Below, piece after piece: positions 51,732-62,100 of a stretch of DNA of 64,000 nucleotides (position 1 is its first letter; the number at the start of each line of letters is the position of its first letter). The notes beneath the pieces are model-generated. The model had not been told where the DNA came from and did no database searches. It was given only the letters and a program-made list of their open reading frames with translations. The stretch is from an uncultured delta proteobacterium (lineage in GTDB: Bacteria; Desulfobacterota; Desulfomonilia; UBA1062), in assembly GCA_963752595.1 (NCBI GenBank), contig CAVVYZ010000008.1, positions 11,269 to 75,268 on the forward strand. Reading direction: 5' to 3'. Made by a program: the position numbers and the translations under genes.

Positions 51732-54398
51732 ATGGCAAAAAAATACGTATATCTCTTTGGAGGCAGGGGAACAAAGGCCGAGGGCGGTGCAGATATGAAG
51801 GACATCCTCGGCGGCAAAGGCGCGAACCTCGCCGAAATGACCAATCTGGGGATCCCGGTTCCCCCCGGTTTTTCAATCTCAACGGAAATGTGTGCCGTAT
51901 ACTATGAATCGAAAGGGCTGCCCAAAGAGCTCAAGACCCAGGTAAAAGATGCCATTAAGAAGGTCGAGCGCATCATGGGTCTCGGGTACGGCGATACTGA
52001 AGCCCCTCTCCTGTTTTCCGTACGTTCCGGTGCACGGGCATCCATGCCCGGCATGATGGATACGGTCCTCAATCTGGGTCTCAATGACGAGACCGTCCAC
52101 GGGCTGATCAAGATGAGCGGGAATGAGCGATTTGCCTGGGACTGCTACCGCCGCTTCGTCCAGATGTACTCCGATGTCGTCATGGGTGCGGATTCCCATG
52201 TCCTTGAAGAAGAGCTCGAGAAAATGAAGCACAAGAAGAAGGTCAAGCTCGATACAGAGCTTTCTGCTGCAGACCTGAAAAAGCTCGTGGGGACATTGAA
52301 GGAAAAAGTGAAGGATCTGACGGGCCACGACCTGCCCTCCGACCCCATGGATCAGCTCTGGGGAGGCATCGAGGCCGTGTTCAAATCCTGGGATACCCCC
52401 CGGGCCATCACCTACCGCAAACTGAACAACATTCCGGATGAATGGGGAACCGCAGTCAACGTCCAGGCCATGGTGTTCGGAAACATGGGCGACTACTCCG
52501 CCACAGGGGTCGCCTTCACCCGCGATCCCTCCACCGGCGCGAGGATCTTCTTCGGCGAATATCTCCAGAACGCACAGGGCGAGGACGTGGTCGCCGGCAT
52601 ACGGACCCCGATGCCCATCAACAAAAAAGGCAAACGGGAAAAATCCCACGTTTCCATGGAAGAGGCCTTGCCCGACCAGTACAATCAGCTCGTTGACATC
52701 TACGAGACCCTTGAAAAGCACTACAAGGACATGCAGGATATCGAGTTCACCATCCAGGAGGGCAATCTCTGGATGCTCCAGACGAGAAACGGGAAACGCA
52801 CCGCTGCAGCATCCGTCCAGATCGCTGTGGACATGGTGAAAGAAAAGCTCATCACCAAGGAAGAGGCTGTCCGGAGGGTGAGCCCGGAGCAGATCGATCA
52901 GCTCCTCCATCCCCAGATCGACCCGAAGGCAAAGAAAAAAGTCCTCAGCAAGGGCCTTCCTGCTTCGCCCGGCGCTGCCGTGGGCAAGGTGGTCTTTTCG
53001 GCCGAAGATGCTGAAGAAGAAGCTGCAAAAGGCCAGAAGGTCATCCTGGTCAGGCTCGAAACTTCCCCGGAAGACATCCACGGAATGAATGTCGCCCAAG
53101 GCGTCTTGACGGCACGGGGCGGCATGACCTCCCACGCTGCGGTCGTTGCCCGGGGCATGGGCAAGTGTTGCGTCTCAGGGTGCCAGGAACTGGTCATCGA
53201 CTACAAGAAGCAGCTCTGCACGATCGGAGGAGAAAAGCTCAAGAAGGGCGACTACCTGTCTCTGGACGGCAGTACTGGCGAGATCATGCTCGGCCAGGTA
53301 TCTACCATGAACCCGTCGCTCTCCGGCGCCTTCGGCACTATCATGCAGTGGGCCGACAGTTTCAGAAAGCTCGGCGTACGCACCAATGCAGACACGCCGA
53401 AGGATTCCCAGGTTGCCCGTGACTTCGGGGCAGAGGGAATCGGGCTGTGCCGCACCGAGCACATGTTCTTCGAGGCAGACAGGATCCTGGCGGTACGCGA
53501 GATGATCCTCGCCGATGACGAAAAGGGCAGGCGCAAGGCACTCAAAAAGATCGAGCCCATGCAGAAAGGCGACTTCAAGGCTATTTTCAAGGTCATGAAC
53601 GGCCTTCCGGTCACCATCAGGCTCCTTGACCCGCCGCTGCACGAGTTCCTCCCGAATACGGATGCAGAGATCAAAGAAGTTGCCAAGGCGCTGAAAAAGT
53701 CTGTGGAAGAGGTGAAAACGAAGCGCGAATCCCTCCACGAGGCCAACCCCATGCTCGGCCACCGCGGGTGCAGGCTGGGCGTCACGTTCCCCGAGATCTA
53801 CGAGATGCAGGTACGGGCCATCATGGAAGCCGCTTGCGAGTGCAAGAAAGCCAAGATCGACGTGAAGCCCGAGATCATGATCCCGCTCGTGGCCCATGTC
53901 AAAGAGCTCGAGATGATGAAGAAGATGACCGTGGACATAGCCGATGGGGTTTTGAAATCCTACAAGATGAAACTCGACTACAAGGTCGGAACCATGATCG
54001 AGCTGCCCAGGGCCGCCATAACCGCTGACGAGATTGCGACTCAGGCCGAGTTCTTCTCTTTCGGCACCAACGACCTCACCCAGACGACCTTCGGCCTTTC
54101 ACGGGATGACGCAGGCAAATTCCTGCCCTTCTACGTGGACAAGAAGATCCTTCCCAAGGATCCCTTCATGGCCCTTGACCAGACCGGTGTGGGCGCATTG
54201 ATCAAGATCGCAGTGGAAAAGGGCAGGGGAACGCGGAAAGACCTGAAAGTGGGTATCTGCGGAGAGCACGGCGGTGAGCCTTCTTCAATAGAGTTCTGCC
54301 ACAAGACCGGTCTCAATTACGTGAGCTGCTCGCCGTACCGTGTGCCCATCGCCAGGCTCGCTGCCGCACACGCTGCTTTGAACGATAAAAAGAAGTGA
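51732..54398 (+). CDS. ppdK: Pyruvate, phosphate dikinase
   Basis: GGKGANLAEM, SVRSGARASMPGMMDT, GGMTSHAAVVAR, GLCRTEHMF, FSFGTNDLTQ, GICGEHGG. Confidence 0.98.
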   Translation: MAKKYVYLFGGRGTKAEGGADMKDILGGKGANLAEMTNLGIPVPPGFSISTEMCAVYYESKGLPKELKTQVKDAIKKVERIMGLGYGDTEAPLLFSVRSGARASMPGMMDTVLNLGLNDETVHGLIKMSGNERFAWDCYRRFVQMYSDVVMGADSHVLEEELEKMKHKKKVKLDTELSAADLKKLVGTLKEKVKDLTGHDLPSDPMDQLWGGIEAVFKSWDTPRAITYRKLNNIPDEWGTAVNVQAMVFGNMGDYSATGVAFTRDPSTGARIFFGEYLQNAQGEDVVAGIRTPMPINKKGKREKSHVSMEEALPDQYNQLVDIYETLEKHYKDMQDIEFTIQEGNLWMLQTRNGKRTAAASVQIAVDMVKEKLITKEEAVRRVSPEQIDQLLHPQIDPKAKKKVLSKGLPASPGAAVGKVVFSAEDAEEEAAKGQKVILVRLETSPEDIHGMNVAQGVLTARGGMTSHAAVVARGMGKCCVSGCQELVIDYKKQLCTIGGEKLKKGDYLSLDGSTGEIMLGQVSTMNPSLSGAFGTIMQWADSFRKLGVRTNADTPKDSQVARDFGAEGIGLCRTEHMFFEADRILAVREMILADDEKGRRKALKKIEPMQKGDFKAIFKVMNGLPVTIRLLDPPLHEFLPNTDAEIKEVAKALKKSVEEVKTKRESLHEANPMLGHRGCRLGVTFPEIYEMQVRAIMEAACECKKAKIDVKPEIMIPLVAHVKELEMMKKMTVDIADGVLKSYKMKLDYKVGTMIELPRAAITADEIATQAEFFSFGTNDLTQTTFGLSRDDAGKFLPFYVDKKILPKDPFMALDQTGVGALIKIAVEKGRGTRKDLKVGICGEHGGEPSSIEFCHKTGLNYVSCSPYRVPIARLAAAHAALNDKKK

Positions 54399-54984
54399 TC
54401 ATAAGTTTTGAGGGCGGAGAAGGTGTGGGGAAATCCACCCACACCAGACTCCTCTGTTCCCATCTCGAACAACGCGGGCTGCCATGGCTCTCCCTGAGAG
54501 AGCCTGGCGGCTCTTCTTTTTCCGAGCGGCTCCGTGCACTCTTCCTCCAGGAAGGCCTGGACCATATGACCGAACTGCTCCTGGTGCTTGCATCCCGCAG
54601 GGAGAACATCACCAAGATCATCGAGCCCGGCCTTTCAGAAGGCAAGGTCGTCGTCATCGACCGTTTCATCGATTCAACGCTGGTGTATCAGGGTGTGCTC
54701 GGCTGCCTCGGTGTTGAGAAGTGAAAGAGATCATGAAGCTCACCGCTACCTGGCTCGAGCCTGACCTCACCTTTATCATGGATATCGATTCCGGGCATTC
54801 CCTGGCCAGGATCGTGCCCGGAGACAAATTCGAAAACCAGGGGCCCGAATATCACCGGGCAATCAGAAAATCCTTTCTCGATCTTGCCGTTGGAAAAAGG
54901 CACGTCATCATCAATTCAGACAGGCCGCGCGACGAGGTCGCCCGGGATATACGGGATAAGGTTGACGCTGTTATCACAGTGTAG
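54395..54984 (+). CDS. tmk: Thymidylate kinase (one frameshift near 54720)
   Basis: FEGGEGVGKST, REPGG, DRFIDSTLVYQG, then PDLTFIMD...DKFE. Confidence 0.92.
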
Positions 54985-55124
54985 CGCTCTTTACCGTGGT
55001 AATAGATATACTAGGTTCAGTCTGTTACCTGCATGCAATCCACCAGGCAGGAGCCTTCATCGTAATCAGGTGTCAATGGGAAGATAAAAGTATACCAATT
55101 CTGAGAATGAAAAGTATACCACCC

Positions 55125-55901
55125 TTACCCGATCGTGCCATGAGAATCGACCCCGTCCTTTGAGATTTTTCCCCTTAAGCGGAAGCTGTTGCCTCTGATG
55201 TTGATTACGACGCTATGATGAAGCAAGCGATCAAGGATCGCCGTGACGACGACCTGGTCGTGAAAGAGCTCGGTCCAATCGGTGAATGCCTTGTTGGATG
55301 TCAGGATAGTGCTGGCCTTCTCATAGCGGTTGGCAACGAACCGGAAAAAAAGATTGCATTCCTGCCGGTCGATGGGCGTGTAGCCGACTTCGTCAACGAC
55401 CACAAGCGCCGATTTGTAATAGCTTCTCCCTCTGCCGGAGCGGCCTGTCTCGTGGTCTTTCCTGAGTTTCCCGATGAGGTCCTCCATGGTAGTGAAGTAC
55501 ACGCTTAATCCCGACTGGCAGGCTTTCACCGCTAAAGCTACGGCCAGATGAGTCTTGCCCACCCCAGGAGGACCCAGGAAGATCACGTTCCCCCTCTGGC
55601 GGATGAAGGTCAGGTCGAACAGCGACATGACTTTCTGCCGGTCAAGGCCAGGCTGGAAGGTGAAGTCGAACTCGTCGATGGACTTGATGAAGGGAAGCCC
55701 CGAGATCTTCAGCGTGGTTTCCACCCGGCGCTGCTCTTTCTGGGCCACTTCCTCTTCGAGCAGGTCATCGAGGAAGGAGAGATAGCTTTTCCCCTGTTCC
55801 TGGGCTGTATGAATAACGCCATCGAGAATTTCCCGAATCCGTGGGAGCCTCAACCGGGTGAGGTTGGCTTCGATCCTCTCGAATACCAGGGTATCGCTCA
55901 T
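55125..55901 (-). CDS. istB: IS21 helper AAA+ ATPase
   Basis: FDFTFQP, GPPGVGKTHLA, VDEVGY, TSN, AILDRLLHH; ATGA overlap with the istA stop. Confidence 0.96.
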   Translation of the reverse strand: MSDTLVFERIEANLTRLRLPRIREILDGVIHTAQEQGKSYLSFLDDLLEEEVAQKEQRRVETTLKISGLPFIKSIDEFDFTFQPGLDRQKVMSLFDLTFIRQRGNVIFLGPPGVGKTHLAVALAVKACQSGLSVYFTTMEDLIGKLRKDHETGRSGRGRSYYKSALVVVDEVGYTPIDRQECNLFFRFVANRYEKASTILTSNKAFTDWTELFHDQVVVTAILDRLLHHSVVINIRGNSFRLRGKISKDGVDSHGTIG

Positions 55902-57172
55902 ATCGTACACCCCGCTGCATGGGCATAGGCGGACACAGGCCTGGTCTCAACATCCATATCATACCGGGGTTTCATCGGTGAGATGGTCAGCTTTGCCCGA
56001 CCCTTTGCCGGTCTGCCATGATGGTATTTCCTGGCGTTCATTGCCGGATCCTTGCGAAGGGCCTCATAGAAGCTCTTGTCCTGCACCAGGTGGCCTCTCC
56101 CTGTAGGTATCTCGTAGGTGACGATGTGCCGGTTGTCGGCAAACACTCTCATGGTCTTATCCTTTACCCGAAGCACGATCTCTTTGCCCACAAGAGTATG
56201 GGGAACAACAAAGCTGTTGCCTTCAAAGCGTACCGTGCAGTCTTTGTGCACCTTCCGGTATACCCGGTACGAGGTGTCGAATGGACGCGTGGGCAAGGAC
56301 TTCAAGTAAGGCTGCTCACGCTCGAACCGTACCCGCACCACTTCATGGGTTGTCCCATGCACCCTCTCATCCTTGATGGCAAGCCACTCTCGCAGATCCC
56401 GGTTTGCCGTCTCAAGGCAAGTGAATCCATATCCTCTCCAGAATCCTTCCCGGATGAAGGAATACGGCCTCTCTACCTTGCCCTTTACCCAGGCGGCATA
56501 GGCAGGAGCCACCCTGAGGTTGAACCCGTAATGTATGGCAAACCCCTCAAGCGTTGCATTGAACCTGGTCTTGCCCGCAAGCTTTCCGATGTAGACGTTC
56601 CTCATCCGGTCATAGAGGATCTCTCCGGGAACTCCTCCAAAGAAGGCAAATGCCCGGATATGGCAATCCAGAAAGGTCGGCAGGTCACAGTGCTCGATGA
56701 ACTCGGCATAGAGTTTGCGCGAGTATCCCAGAATCATGCAGAACAGATAGTACTTCTTAATCGAGCCATCATCATGCTCCACTTGAAACTCGCCGAAATC
56801 TACCTGCGCCTGGAATCCGGGCTCGCTCTCGAACCGCATATAGGCTATGCGCTGCGATTCCTCCTTGAGCTTATGGACCTTCAGCTTCACCAGGTCATAG
56901 CTACCTGTATATCCAAGCGGTTTAAGGTGATCATAAATCCAGGTAGCCTTGTATTCGGGATCTTCATCAAGCCAGACCTTGATGTTCCCCATATAAGGGT
57001 CAAGCTTGCTCTCCCTCACAACCACTCGCCGTTCACGCTCACAGATTTCGGGGTCTTCAAGGTACTTGTGCACTGTCTTCCGGGACATCCCAAGCCGCTT
57101 GGCAATCTGCCTTTCGGATAATCCCTGCCGTTTAAGCGCCACGATGTCCATCACATCTCCCATTCTCTTCAC
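55898..57172 (-). CDS. istA: IS21 DDE transposase
   Basis: N-terminal HTH, RFESEPG.QAQVDFG, LGYSR, FGGVP.EILYD, KGKVER, HGTT. Confidence 0.96.
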   Translation of the reverse strand: MKRMGDVMDIVALKRQGLSERQIAKRLGMSRKTVHKYLEDPEICERERRVVVRESKLDPYMGNIKVWLDEDPEYKATWIYDHLKPLGYTGSYDLVKLKVHKLKEESQRIAYMRFESEPGFQAQVDFGEFQVEHDDGSIKKYYLFCMILGYSRKLYAEFIEHCDLPTFLDCHIRAFAFFGGVPGEILYDRMRNVYIGKLAGKTRFNATLEGFAIHYGFNLRVAPAYAAWVKGKVERPYSFIREGFWRGYGFTCLETANRDLREWLAIKDERVHGTTHEVVRVRFEREQPYLKSLPTRPFDTSYRVYRKVHKDCTVRFEGNSFVVPHTLVGKEIVLRVKDKTMRVFADNRHIVTYEIPTGRGHLVQDKSFYEALRKDPAMNARKYHHGRPAKGRAKLTISPMKPRYDMDVETRPVSAYAHAAGCTI

Positions 57173-57469
57173 CCGAGCCCCCTCATGGTTCCGTTTCTGC
57201 ACTCCATCAAGTGCTCCTCGGAAACCATGTCGGGGCGGCTGACTACTTCCCGGGGGACACATTCCCCCCGGCCCCTTTGAAAAACTCCTTTAATCTCCTT
57301 AAAACGAAAAACCTAAAAACCCTCTGGGTGGTATACTTTCACTTTCCCATTTTGGGTCCCTTTTATCATTCCCAGAGACATCAGGGCCAAAGACACCTTC
57401 AGGTTCAAACGAGTTTACTCTCAAGATGTGGACAAATCCACTGGTGTGCAATGCGATCAGGTTATCATC

Positions 57470-57844
57470 ACCCAGCAAAACCACTTTCAGCAGAATCCGA
57501 GGATCGTATGCTCGACTACCCATCTCGTCATTGCAGTACTTTTCATCGAACAAGCTCATATCCATACGCTTATCCATGAACGTGCAGATCGTATACTCCA
57601 GGCTGCCCGGCAGGATCTGCTCCTGCAACGAAATCGGTATCAATAAGTTCTGTGCGAATTCGTTTTTCTTGTATCGTGCCATCAGACCGTCCTTCTTCGA
57701 AATGGGGAAAGATCAAAAGTAATTTCCCCTTCGGAATAAAGGCATTAAATCACATAACAAATTGATTATACATACTCATTATGTCATTTGGGGGGATATT
57801 AGGTCTTGTCTCTCAACAACTGATCAGACTTCTTCAACAGCCTC
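57470..57844 (-). mobile_element. IS1182-family remnant (terminal IR plus 5' transposase fragment 57470-57682)
   Basis: MARYK...LQEQILPGSLEY...G.RAYDPRILLKVVLLG (DUF772-like N-terminus); GACTTCTTCAACAGCCTC at 57827-57844 resembles IS1182 ends. Confidence 0.72.
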
Positions 57845-57928
57845 AGAAGATATCTAATATGGAAACATCCGTTTATCGAAGGAATGTCTCTCCTTAGATT
57901 GATGAAGTCTTCATATGGTATAATAATT

Positions 57929-58008
57929 TAAAACGAGCCAGCCGCAAACTCGATAAAAGGCGTAGCTGCCAAACCACGCTTATCCGGAGGTACGGAAGGC
58001 TCGTTTTA
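57929..58008 (+). ncRNA. Candidate ~80-nt hairpin RNA or structured element
   Basis: 11-bp perfect IR TAAAACGAGCC/GGCTCGTTTTA with nested stems, immediately after an extended -10 TGGTATAAT (57916-57924) and before a T-rich tract. Confidence 0.35.
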
Positions 58009-58068
58009 TATTTTTACTGAACCATTTAGTCAGAACCGATCTTCTGAATTTCCTCTTTCAGATTCTCA

Positions 58069-58758
58069 TTAATGCTGTTGGTGTTGTTTCTGTTGCTGAT
58101 GTCGCTGAACCTCAGGCCTCTGTTGATATTGCTCTTGGCCTTGATGTCTTGATTCCTGTCTCTGCTGCTGTTGCTGAACCTGGGGTTGTCTCTGCTGCTG
58201 TTGCTGCTGAACCTCAGGCCTCTGTTGATATTGCTCTTGCCTTTGATGTCTTAGTTCCTGTCTCTGTTGTTGCGGTCGAGGTTGATAGCTCTGGACGCCC
58301 CAGGTTCTTTGCCTTTCCCAATATCGATTATTATGCCAGCTCTTCCAGTTCTGTTGAAGTTGTCGGTTAGGAATCCGTTCATAGTTCCACCGGTGTCCGT
58401 ACCAATTACGGTCTCTGTAGTATCCTCTCCAACCTGGGTCTACATCAAAATAAAAACTTGGAACATTGTTATAATAAGCCCAACCCCGGTTATAATAATG
58501 TGAGCGATACCAGCGACCTTCCCATGGACGCCACCACCAACCATTCCAGAAAAACATGTCTACATCTATATCAGGAACAACGTACACATCGTTCGTATCA
58601 GGCATCACTATCACATCCGGAGGTGCCTCAAATACGATGAGTGGTGGCAGAGAAATTCCAATACTTATATCTACTTCTGCCATTGTTGGAATAGGAACGA
58701 CAATTGTCAATGCCAAAAGGATTGTCCCCAAAAGTAACTTTTTCATATTGCCTCCCAT
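58069..58758 (-). CDS. Secreted hypothetical protein, Trp/Tyr-rich domain plus Gln-rich repetitive tail
   Basis: Signal peptide MKKLLLGTILLAL..AE, WNGWWWRPWEGRWY, duplicated RHQxQEQYQQRPEVQ. The start is probably at MKK. Confidence 0.75.
   Translation of the reverse strand: MGGNMKKLLLGTILLALTIVVPIPTMAEVDISIGISLPPLIVFEAPPDVIVMPDTNDVYVVPDIDVDMFFWNGWWWRPWEGRWYRSHYYNRGWAYYNNVPSFYFDVDPGWRGYYRDRNWYGHRWNYERIPNRQLQQNWKSWHNNRYWERQRTWGVQSYQPRPQQQRQELRHQRQEQYQQRPEVQQQQQQRQPQVQQQQQRQESRHQGQEQYQQRPEVQRHQQQKQHQQH
58104..58269. repeat. Direct repeat with 102-bp period inside the Gln-rich gene
   Basis: GCTGAACCTCAGGCCTCTGTTGATATTGCTCTTG begins at 58104 and 58206. Confidence 0.85.
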
Positions 58759-59139
58759 ATCTTTTTCTCTTGCCTCTTATGACGTACAGGATACCTGTGG
58801 TGTCTACATCAGGCAAGAGCGCGACAGAGATTTGCCGGCATATGACAGGAAGCAGAAGTATGTGTACAGATAATCTGTAATGGATGAGAGCTTTTCTGGA
58901 TCTAAAAATTATGATTAACACAATGCGACCTTCATGAGGTTTCTGGAGGGGGTCATCAATGCTAAGTCATTCCAATAAAAAAGAAATACCATATCTTTCA
59001 GGAATAATCCATCTTACCCTCTGATTGCACACAATAGAACCGATTATACTGGACCTGTGGGTATAGTTAAGATAGGCTGATCTTTTCCAAAAATGAACCC
59101 CGCCATAATCATGAGGTATGTCAAAAGGAGACCTCAAGA

Positions 59140-62100
59140 GTGAATGTTGCCAAAACTACGATTCGCAGGTCCTTGCTCTCTATAAGGGCACGCCTCAAAA
59201 ATAAATTCGTAAAAAAACGCACTCCTGATGAGCCGCCGCTACGGGCGGAACTGCTCAGCCGCGACCAGATGAGGCAGTATGGAAGGGTGCTGGCTGACTC
59301 GCATACGTTGACGAAGAAACGCGTTCCGGAACGGCTTCTGGCAAGACTGACCGAGAATGAAGGCGTCCTGGTTGAAACCTGCAGCCTGCTGACTTCGGCC
59401 GTAAAGGCGAACCGCCGGATTGCGCCTGCGGGGGAATGGCTGCTTGATAATCTCTACCTGATAAAAGAACAGATCCGCACAGCCAAGAAACACTTGCCAA
59501 AGGGATACAGCCGGGAGCTTCCCCGCTTATTGAGCGGCCCATCGGCCGGATTGCCGCGCGTGTACGACATCGCACTGGAGACGATCTCGCACGGCGATGG
59601 ACGGGTGGATGAGGAAAGCTTAAGCAGTTTCATTGCAGCCTATCAGCAGGTCACACCGCTGAAGTTGGGCGAATTGTGGGCAATACCGATCATGCTGCGC
59701 CTGGCACTGATCGAGAATCTGAGGCGCGTCGGGGCTCGGCTCGCTGCTGAAAGACTCGATCGGAACCTGGCCGACTCATGGGCGGACCAGATGATGGAGG
59801 TCGCCGAGAAGGATCCCAAGAGCCTGATCATGGTGATTGCGGACATGGTGCATTCAAACCCGACCCTGTCGAGCTCGTTTGTTGCAGAGCTTACGCGCCG
59901 TCTGCAGGGTCAGGGCCCTGCTCTGGCGTTGCCGCTCACATGGATCGAGCAGTGGCTCTCCGAGTCCGGCCTGACCATTGAGCAGCTGGTTCAGTCCGAG
60001 ACCCAGCAACAGGCCGCAGACCAGGTCTCAATCGGCAACAGTATCGGCAGCCTCCGGCTCTTAAGCGCGATTGACTGGCAAAAATTCGTCGAGACGAGGA
60101 GCTATGTCGAGCACATACTGCGCGAGGATCCTTCAGGTGTCTACCCAGAGATGGATTTTGCCACCCGTGATCGATACCGTCACGTAGTTGAGAAGATCGC
60201 GAAGAACAGCCTTCAATCCGAAGAAGAGGTCGTAGGGCATGCGATTCGTCTGGCACTCGCCGGCGCTGAAAGTAACGGCGACGACGATCGATCGGCACAT
60301 GTCGGGTTCTACCTGATTGACAAAGGCTTGCCTCAGCTCGAACGGATGGCTGGAATGCGCATATCCAAAGCCGACACGTTTCGAAGATCAGTCAGCCGAT
60401 TCCCCTTGCTCCTCTATATAGGCGTGATCACGCTGATGAGCGCAATCTTTACCTTATGCCTGCTGGCAAGGGCTCATGACGATGGGATTCATGGCAGGCT
60501 CCTCACACTGATCGGTATCCTCCTGGTTTTGTGCACCAGCCATCTTGCCATCGCGCTGGTGAACTGGCTGGCTACATTGCTGGTGACGCCACATCCGCTG
60601 CCGCGCATGGACTTCACCGAAGGGATTCCTCCGGAATTCCACACTCTGGTGGTGATACCGACCATGCTTACGAGCTCTCAGAACATCGAGAATCTCGTCG
60701 AGGCACTAGAAGTCCGGTTCCTGGCAAATCGTGACGATAACCTGCACTTTGGCCTTTTGACTGATTTTGCCGACGCCCGCGAGGAAACGATTCCTGAGGA
60801 CGAGCCCCTGTTGCAACTTGCCCGGATAAGGATCGAAGAGCTCAATGTTAAGTATCGGGGTGCTCCTGGCGACGTGTTCTTCCTTTTCCATCGGCCGCGC
60901 CTCTGGAACCCGCAAGAGCGGATCTGGATGGGCTACGAGCGTAAGCGGGGGAAGCTTGCGGATTTGAATTCGTTGCTGCGGGGAGGTTCAAAGGATCACT
61001 TCTCGCTTCTGGTCGGGAATATGGCCCGGTTATCGGACGTCAAGTATGTGATTACCCTGGATACGGATACAATGCTCCCGCGTGACTCGGCGCGGCAGCT
61101 TGCGGCAGCCATGGCTCATCCGCTGAATCGAGCGCTGTATGAAAAAAAAATGGGGAGGGTGAGTGTTGGGTACGGCATCCTGCAGCCGCGCGTGGCCGTG
61201 AGCCTGCCGGGCACGAACCGATCGCGGTATGCCAGGCTGTATGGAAGTGATCCGGGCATTGATCCGTATACCCGCGTCGTATCCGATATGTATCAGGATG
61301 TGTTCGGCGAGGGTTCGTTCATCGGCAAGGGAATCTATGATGTCGATGCATTTGAGCTGGCCGTTCATGGACGCTTTCCCGAGAACAAAATCCTCAGCCA
61401 CGACCTTGTGGAAGGGTGCTATGCCCGTTCCGGGCTGCTCTCTGATGTACTGCTCTACGAGGAATATCCCTCCCGCTACAGCGCGGACGTGAATCGCCGG
61501 TATCGGTGGATCCGGGGGGATTGGCAGATTTCGCGCTGGCTGTTGTCCCGTGTTCCGGTTTTCGGCGGGCATCGTGAAAAGAACCCGCTCTCGGGGCTTT
61601 CCCAATGGAAGATCTTCGACAACCTGCGCCGCAGTCTCGTGCCTCCGGCCTTGACTCTGCTGTTGCTGCTTTCCTGGACCGCCTTGTCACCGGCCTGGCT
61701 CTGGACCTTGGCGGTTATAGGGATCCTGATGGTTCAACCCGTGGCAGCATCGCCCTTGAACTGTTCCGGAAGCCGGGGGATGTGCTGCTGGGTCAGCACC
61801 TCTCAGCCTTAGTGCGCTCGGCCGGCCGGAACTTTGCCCAGGCGGCATTCACTCTTGCCTGCCTTCCCTATGAGGCGTTCTTCAGTCTGGATGCGATCGT
61901 ACGCACTACATGGCGGTTGCTGATCGCCCGAAGACGGCTCCTCGAATGGAATCCTTCGGGCAATCCGGATAGACGCACGAACCTTCTCGGCTCGTTTAGG
62001 ACCATGTGGTTCGCCCCCTGTATTGCCTTTGCCGCAATTATCCGCTCGCTTTTTCGAGACCGGCATCATTGATTTATGCCTGGCCCATACTGGGCCTCTG

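Larger units (their letters stand above)
55071..57380 (-). mobile_element. Complete IS21-family insertion sequence, 2310 bp
   Basis: TG...CA ends, imperfect terminal IRs with repeated AAAAGTATACCA motifs, 5-bp target duplication TCAGG (55066-55070 and 57381-57385), istA-istB. Confidence 0.95.
55029..57466 (+). pseudogene. IS4-family transposase remnant interrupted by the IS21 element (55029-55070 plus 57386-57466)
   Basis: Removing the IS21 and one TCAGG copy restores LHAIHQAGAFIVIR-AKDTFRFKRVYSQDVDKSTGVQCDQVI, an IS4-like FVTRAK...VDKSTG..CDQ segment. Confidence 0.7.

Noticed and set aside
54719-54724. TGA read-through or selenocysteine in tmk (and yraN at 26965)
   Set aside because: The downstream homology continues in a different frame, so these are indels, not in-frame stops.
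58104-58269. CRISPR-like repeat
   Set aside because: Two copies only, in frame within a Gln-rich CDS, and no cas genes.
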